A stretch of DNA of 64,000 nucleotides, taken from NCBI GenBank assembly GCA_951406725.2, contig OX597819.1:63922001-63986000 (forward strand), read 5' to 3'. Under the pieces are notes generated by a model. That model was not told the DNA's origin. It searched no databases and worked only from the letters and a program-made list of their open reading frames with translations. This document shows positions 57,223 to 64,000 of this stretch, piece by piece. The stretch comes from Octopus vulgaris (lineage: Eukaryota). Every line of letters begins with the position of its first letter. Positions within the stretch are counted from its first letter, which is position 1. Made by a program: the position numbers and the translations under genes.

Positions 57223-59312
57223 TGGGTTTTTCTTCTTCTTTCAAATTTGCTTCCATTTCTTGCCGAGTGTCTTCCCGACTCCTAGAGCAAAGAAACTCAT
57301 AGTAATCATTGGTAGGCCATTAAACTAAACTCACTAGTTCCTTCATAAAAAATTTTTTTTTTATAGAAATAAAGTTAAATTAAAATACATGGATAGTGAT
57401 AGTTCTCACATCGACAATGCTCTTCTCAATACGTGTGATGTACCAGTTAAGACAATCTTTTGCACTTCTTGCTCATGTCGATCAATAAGCAGACTTTATT
57501 GTTTTGGTCTTTCACAACAATATCCGGTTTATTGGCTTTGATGGTTCGGTCTGTATGTACTGGAAAGTCCCACAGAATCGTTACATTTTCTCTTTCAGTT
57601 ACAGCTTCAGGGTGGTGATTATACCACTTGTCGGCAGTTTTGATATTGTAATGCCGACTTATTAGCCAGTGTAGATATTGGCCAACTCTGTCATGCCTTA
57701 ATTTATACTCCACTGGTGCTAAGACTTTACATCCAGAGATTAGGTGGTCCACTGTTTCAATCATGTCGTTGCAGAATCGGCATTTTGGGTCTGCTCCATT
57801 TTTCATCACATTGGCCTGGTAGTTCCGGGTTAATAGGCTTTGATCTTGAGCAGCCAGGATGAAACCTTCGCTCTCTGCTTTTAGCCTTGAGCTCCTTAGC
57901 CACTGATGGGTTTGCTTCTGGTCAACATCAGGTTGTTTGTTACGGGCTACATATTTGCCGTGCAGATGTTTCTCCTCCCACCTATCAGCCAATTGCTCGG
58001 GCGCTTTTTTCGTTGCCATTATTTTCACCTTCTTTGCAACAATAGTTGCCGTACTTCCCTCGGGTTGTTCAGTTTGGGTATCCTGCACGAGATCAATAGC
58101 AAATCTTTTGCTGTCCTTTATGATAGAATGAAGCTTCTTTCGTCTCTCGCGATTTTCCACGAGCTTTAGCATCCAGTCATTCGTTATTTCAAGATATTTG
58201 GCCAGTCCAATTGTGGTTGTTTTGTAAGCTAGTTCAAATTGTATCAGGTCCCGACCTTCTTGGGCTCTGGGGAAGTAAAGGCGACCTACGTCTGCCTCTG
58301 GGTGTTGCATCCTATTACAACTCAACAGCTTGCGTATTTTTCTATCTATTTTCTTTACTTCACTCATATTCCAGTTCAACACATTGTAGCTATAAGTAAC
58401 ATCTGGAACTGCTAAGGAATTTATAGCTAATACCTTGTTACGTGCATTTAGTTCAGATTTCAGGATTGCTCGAACTCTCCTATAACATTCCTTCCTGATC
58501 TTCTCTTTCATGGTTGCATGCTGAATACCAGAACCTTCATTTATCCCTAAATATTTGTAGGTTTGTTCTTGCTCAAGCTCTCTTATGACTGTATCAGCAT
58601 CTAACACGACTGAATTTGTGGTCTTCACTTTCCCTTTCTGGAAAGTGACCTTGGCACACTTCTCAAGCCCAAACTCCATCCCGATGTCATCACTGAATTC
58701 TTTCACAGTGAGCAATAGGCCTTCAAGTTCATTATCGTCTTTACCATAGAGTTTTAAGACATCCATATAAAATAGATGGCTTATTTTTTTATTGACAATT
58801 TTATACCCATACCCTGTACTGTTTACTTCACTGTAAGGGGTATTAGGGCTATGCAGAATATTAAAGGTGAAAGTGAGTCACCTTGAAAAATGCCACAGTT
58901 GATGTTTATATTTTCTGAGGCAAGTACTCCATTAGAGTGGTATAATTGGAGATTCGTATTCCACAACGACATATTATGCTTCAGGAAGCTTGAAATCACA
59001 GGGGAAATTTTGAAGATGTCCAGTGATCTCAAGATCCATGGATGCGGTATATTGTCGAAGGCCTTTTTATAATCAATCCATGCGGAGCTGAGATCTCTGC
59101 GCTTGTTGTGACAGTTCTCAAGGACCATACGATTAATTAGCAGTTGGTCTTTGCATCCGTATGAGCCTCGGCGGCACCCTTTTTGTTCAATGGGGAAAAT
59201 ATCGTTCTTCTCCATGAATACATATATTTTCTCCGCCAGGATAGATGCTAGGATTTTATACGTGGTGGATAAACAGGTTATAGGCCGATAGAGTTTTGGA
59301 AGTTTGGTTTCG
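57223..59312 (-). mobile_element. R4/Dong-type non-LTR retrotransposon, 5'-truncated, relatively young
   Basis: YRPITCL, EQKGC, WIDYKKAFD, GIFQGDSLSPL, frameshift near 58825, FYMDV (YMDD mutated). The 439-aa ORF has CRFC..ETVDHLISGC, RHD and KPDIVV. Flanked by (TTA)n. Confidence 0.93.
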
Positions 59313-59315
59313 TTA

Positions 59316-59402
<87 letters not shown>

Positions 59403-61314
59403 CATCATTATTATTATTATAGTTATTTAATTTTTAACGTTTATTCAAGTATTGTAGTTGTTGCATTTTGGCGACGTTATGGTGAGGATCATCCTGTATT
59501 CAGTTTAGCTATAATTTTGTTGTTGATTTCATCTTTGTGCATATAATGTATGAAGGAGCATACTCATGAAAAGAAAATTGGGACGTGCATGGCAATTCCG
59601 ATTTCACTTTCGTTATACTGAATCGAACAACCTATTATTAGATGTGATCTTCTTTGATGAGTTAGTGATTTACCTGATATTTATAGAATATTCAGCGACG
59701 TTTACTGTAGTTCAGAAAATTTACAAGAAAAACTAAACATATATTTAAAGATATTTACGCCATTATCCATGCAAAATAAAACCAATAGAGAAACAAAGTT
59801 GAAAACCAGGACACATATTCATATAAATAATTAATTCACATATTTCAGATGATAAATTTTATTTTTTCTAATTTCAAGAGACTCAACTTCCTATTTACTT
59901 TAATATCCGTATGTCACAACTGTAACCACTTACAATACAAAGCTAGAAATGTCGTGTAAAAGCTTCCAAATAGCATGTTTTAGAAGTAAATTAATATGAA
60001 GTATTTTTTTAAAAGATATTTATCATGTCATTATTGAATTTTTTCCTCCGTTAAACATCCTCAGTTAATAGACAACATATCTTGATCTAATATTTTTGCT
60101 TTCCTATTTTGATACGTTTGTATTGATTGGCATTTAATAAAATGGGAGATATTATATTGATAAAATTTTGCTATGTACGTTTTCATTTAAAAAAGTATTC
60201 ATTGATTGAAGTCGCTAAGCGTGTTCTGCTTTCCTAGACATACAAACTTTCAGCAACAAATTGCATATACAGTAGTATAGGCATCAAAACTTATACATCA
60301 TATATATGTGCACACTTGTATACATGCATGCATTTATAAACGTTTAAGCTAGCGCATTATAGCTTCTCAAAGGGAATTAACAGCTCACGTACATATGCAT
60401 AGATATTTAAATTGTTCTCCCAAAGTTTATATTCATAGCTCTAATTATAGAAGCATGTTTTTGGAATTAAGTTTGCAAAATATCACACATAGAAGGACCC
60501 CAGCAACACACGTTCACATACACCCATACACGCATGCATACGTATCTATTTATCTATGTATTTATCTATCTCTATACGCACACATCACATGCACACATAT
60601 ACAGGTATACACATTACACATATACATCTAAACACATAAAACTTTATAGCCATATATGCTGTATGAATGTGTCTATATGACATGGAGATAATTAATCATA
60701 TGACGACATATAAATACATATTCCATGCCTTAAGAACTTCATAAATTTTTTAAATACAATAACAGATAAAAAATATTTCTAAATCATATAGTTATGTTAT
60801 ACACTATACCTACATTAATCCTCTTGGTATTATTATGAAGAATCCCAAACATTTAAAAATTTTAAAAATATATTCCTCAAATGTCATTACATTGATTCTT
60901 GGTTCCTTAGATAATATTTTGGCATATGGTACCAGAATACGCCTTGGTTGATTTGAAACGCAGCTCAAATATTTCCGTAGCTCATACAAACGTTCTTAAA
61001 TGTTGCATTTGATGAATACAGCATTTGATAAATAAGTGAGAAGGATCGTAAGACATGGAACTAATCAACGGGGAGTAATCTCAGAATATCAATAAATCAC
61101 CAAAAGCTACTTGAATATTAACTAATTTTCCTTCTGTGTGTATATATATAAAGTTTGTACATTCGTTTTGCAAAATTGTTGCTGTGAAGATACCTGTCAA
61201 ACCAGGTATTTTTATATTTCGGGATGGTTATTTTTGTTTTTGTCAAATATAAACAGACACAATGTATCCGTTCTTGACTTCGGCTTTATTATTTTTCTTA
61301 TTTTAGCATCCCTC

Positions 61315-61431
61315 GTCTGAAATCTTTCGTCACTCATCTTGTGACCTCTACAACTCTCCAGCGACTCTCCATGCCACGTCTCTCCTCAAGATGTGAAGAG
61401 GTCACAGGATAGGCGACGAAAGATTTCAGAC
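61315..61431. repeat. Inverted repeat (35-bp arms) of decayed HHR motifs
   Basis: GTCTGAAATCTTTCGTCAC...GTGACCTCT / AGAGGTCAC...GCGACGAAAGATTTCAGAC. Related to 6956-6995. Confidence 0.75.
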
Positions 61432-61543
61432 AAATGACACAAAAACAAGAACAATAATAAAGCTGAAGAGAAGAACGAACATATAGCGCCTGTGTATATT
61501 TTGCAAAATGACCATCTCGAAATACAACACATACATACATACA

Positions 61544-61574
<31 letters not shown>

Positions 61575-61849
61575 CCATACTCACATGCAAGTGTTGAATT
61601 CTTAAGTAGAACACTTCATTTCTAGTTGTTCTAGTCCACTCAGCTGTAATTGGATAAATCTAAGATGGACTAGGCATGCGATCAAGGGAAACGGTGGCTT
61701 GCCCGCCCAAGTAACAGCGTAGAATCATTACGTGATGTGTGTGTCTTTTAAACATATACATACATAGGTACATACGCATGTACATACGTATCAGAATAAT
61801 TTTTCTATCGTCAAGGCTTAAGTGCCATCACCATTTGTTTTTACTGTTT

Positions 61850-62185
61850 TATTCTCACTGTCCTGTTCTTTGTATTGTTTTGTTCTTACTGTCCTGTTCT
61901 TGTTAACACTTTCACAGCTCCGCAAAAATTCCCAAATTTTATTAAATTTGCTTTGCGTGAAGGACTGTTTCAACGAAGTCGCGTCATGTCCTTGCCTTCG
62001 AATTGGCGGAGTAGATGATACAGGGACAACTGAAGAAGAGGAATATTCTTTATGTTTTATGTCTCGTTTTTATGTTTGTTTTTTTCGTTGTTAGAAAAAA
62101 ATGTTCGTTCCTATGCTTTAGTTTTTATGTTTTAGTTTCTCATTGTGTTCAACGCTTTTTGATGTCCTGTACCCATATATGCATG
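61850..62185 (+). mobile_element. Second copy of the 22325-22605 repeat
   Basis: Colinear similarity from TTCTCACTGTCCTGTTCTT to GTACCCATATATGCATGTA. Confidence 0.8.
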
Positions 62186-62201
62186 TACATATACATACAT
62201 A

Positions 62202-62273
<72 letters not shown>

Positions 62274-62389
62274 ATATATACATATATATATATGTATATA
62301 TATGCATATATATATGCATATATATATACATATATATATACATATATATACATGTATGTATATATATACATATATATATATATACATAT

Positions 62390-62460
<71 letters not shown>

Positions 62461-62511
62461 TACATATATACATATATATATATATATAAACATACATATT
62501 GATATCCCCCG

Positions 62512-62696
62512 TGTGGTGATATTGTCCGATGCCTCGTCGCCACTGATACTTCCCGTGATGACCAACCTATTTCATCGTCTCTACGGGACTGGTCTCAACG
62601 GCGTGCCATCGCCGACCGACTCTACTGACTGTGTCAGTCCACTATTTGTTAGTTGTGGACCAGCCCAATTCTCGCCTGGGAGAGTCGGTCACAACA
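62512..62696. mobile_element. Possible short solo LTR, GC-rich and structured
   Basis: Termini TGTGGTGA...TCACAACA (7/8 inverted match, TG..CA). No TSD visible. Confidence 0.45.
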
Positions 62697-63595
62697 TATA
62701 CGTATATATATACATATGTGTGTGAGTGCTCGCGCGTATGTCTACGTTTGTATATGCATATATATATTTCAGTGTGGGCGGAAATGCTGTGAAGTTATTC
62801 TAATAATTTGTAAAAGAAATTAACCGCTGTGAACTACAAAATGCAAAATATCACAAAACGCAAGTGCTCTGTTATTATAGTATACATGTGATGTGACCGA
62901 AAAGAGGAAGCGTAAAAATGTTAAGATGTGTCTGGTAACTGATATTCCTTCTCTATTTTATAAGATATATTTCTTCTACAGTTTGCACTTATAAGATATT
63001 ATTACATGACCTGCAGTAAAGTATAAGTTGTGATGTGTTTCGTGATAAATGTGAGAAGCATTAATAATCAGCTTCATCTTCAAAATGAACGGCGATATAA
63101 AATTATATATGTCTGGAACGATATTGTCTAGAATATAATGGGGAGTATAGTACTTGTTTATATGAAATAGTTTTTCCTTAACTCTCCATATATTTAGAAG
63201 TTGCTCCTGTCTAATGCAATTTTCTCACATTATTAAATATGTTGAGAGGAGGACGCCATATAATTCCTGAGCATATGTGAATAGCTTGAATATGGGAAAT
63301 GAATATGGGAAATATCTTTTTAGTGTATCAGTAATATGTGCAAACAGATTTTGTCATTAATGGAAAAGTAATTCGAAAGAAGTACATGTGTGGATGTGTA
63401 ACTTTAACTATACAAACATAAACATATCGATACACACAAGAACATGCACGCATACGAGTGTGCATAGTCTAAAATTCATACATAATACAAACATACATAC
63501 AAACTTACGTAGTTTTCCTATTTCACCTGTTTCAGTCAGACTGCGGTCATCCTTATTACTCTTTTTTCAATATCAATATCAATGAGCTTCAACTC

Positions 63596-63666
<71 letters not shown>

Positions 63667-63764
63667 CTGGATGACAAAGCCATCTATGAAAGTTTGGTCA
63701 TAAGGCCCATTACATGGCGTATAACTGAGCAAGACACAGCATACGGAGTATTAAAAGTCAACGA

Positions 63765-63935
63765 TTTGAGGGGAAGGGACAAGTCGAGTTGACGAATATA
63801 AAATTTGATCGCATCTGAAGTGAGGTAAGGGAAAGCTGACATCCACGGGAGTTGAATTCAAAATCTAAAGAGCCACAAGAAATAACGCTAAGCATTTTTG
63901 TCCGAGGTGATAACGAATGTTCCAGCTCACCGCTT
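63765..63935 (-). mobile_element. Decayed SINE family B
   Basis: TTGAATTCAAAA...AAATAACGCTAAGCATTTT...CCAGCTCACCGC. Confidence 0.6.
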
Positions 63936-64000
63936 TCACAATGAATAGCAAATACCTAATTGCAACCTGGCCCTTATTTACTTTATCACCAGTTTTTAAT

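Overview
Gene-poor, AT-rich eukaryotic DNA made almost entirely of microsatellites and transposon remains. The SINE families and (TA)n/(ATT)n density resemble an octopod cephalopod genome (inference from recall, no search run). No host protein-coding exon can be supported, and nearly all listed ORFs are microsatellite translations. Supported elements: a nearly intact IR/DR Tc1 (DD34E) element with one nonsense codon; decayed mariner, maT-like and rosa-like elements; two Penelope RT fragments; a CR1/L2-like RT fragment; a same-strand cluster of R4/Dong-type retrotransposons in (TAA)n tracts; Helitron/Helentron-like non-autonomous elements; MITEs; and many tRNA-derived SINEs. The main signal is about 15 hammerhead-ribozyme (HHR) motifs in Penelope-type terminal repeats and palindromes. 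They include intact minimal type I HHRs, a G3:C8 core-swap variant, CUGUGGA variants, a recurring type II-like permuted family, and an HHR joined to a tRNA-derived Pol III head. Coordinates of decayed repeats are approximate.
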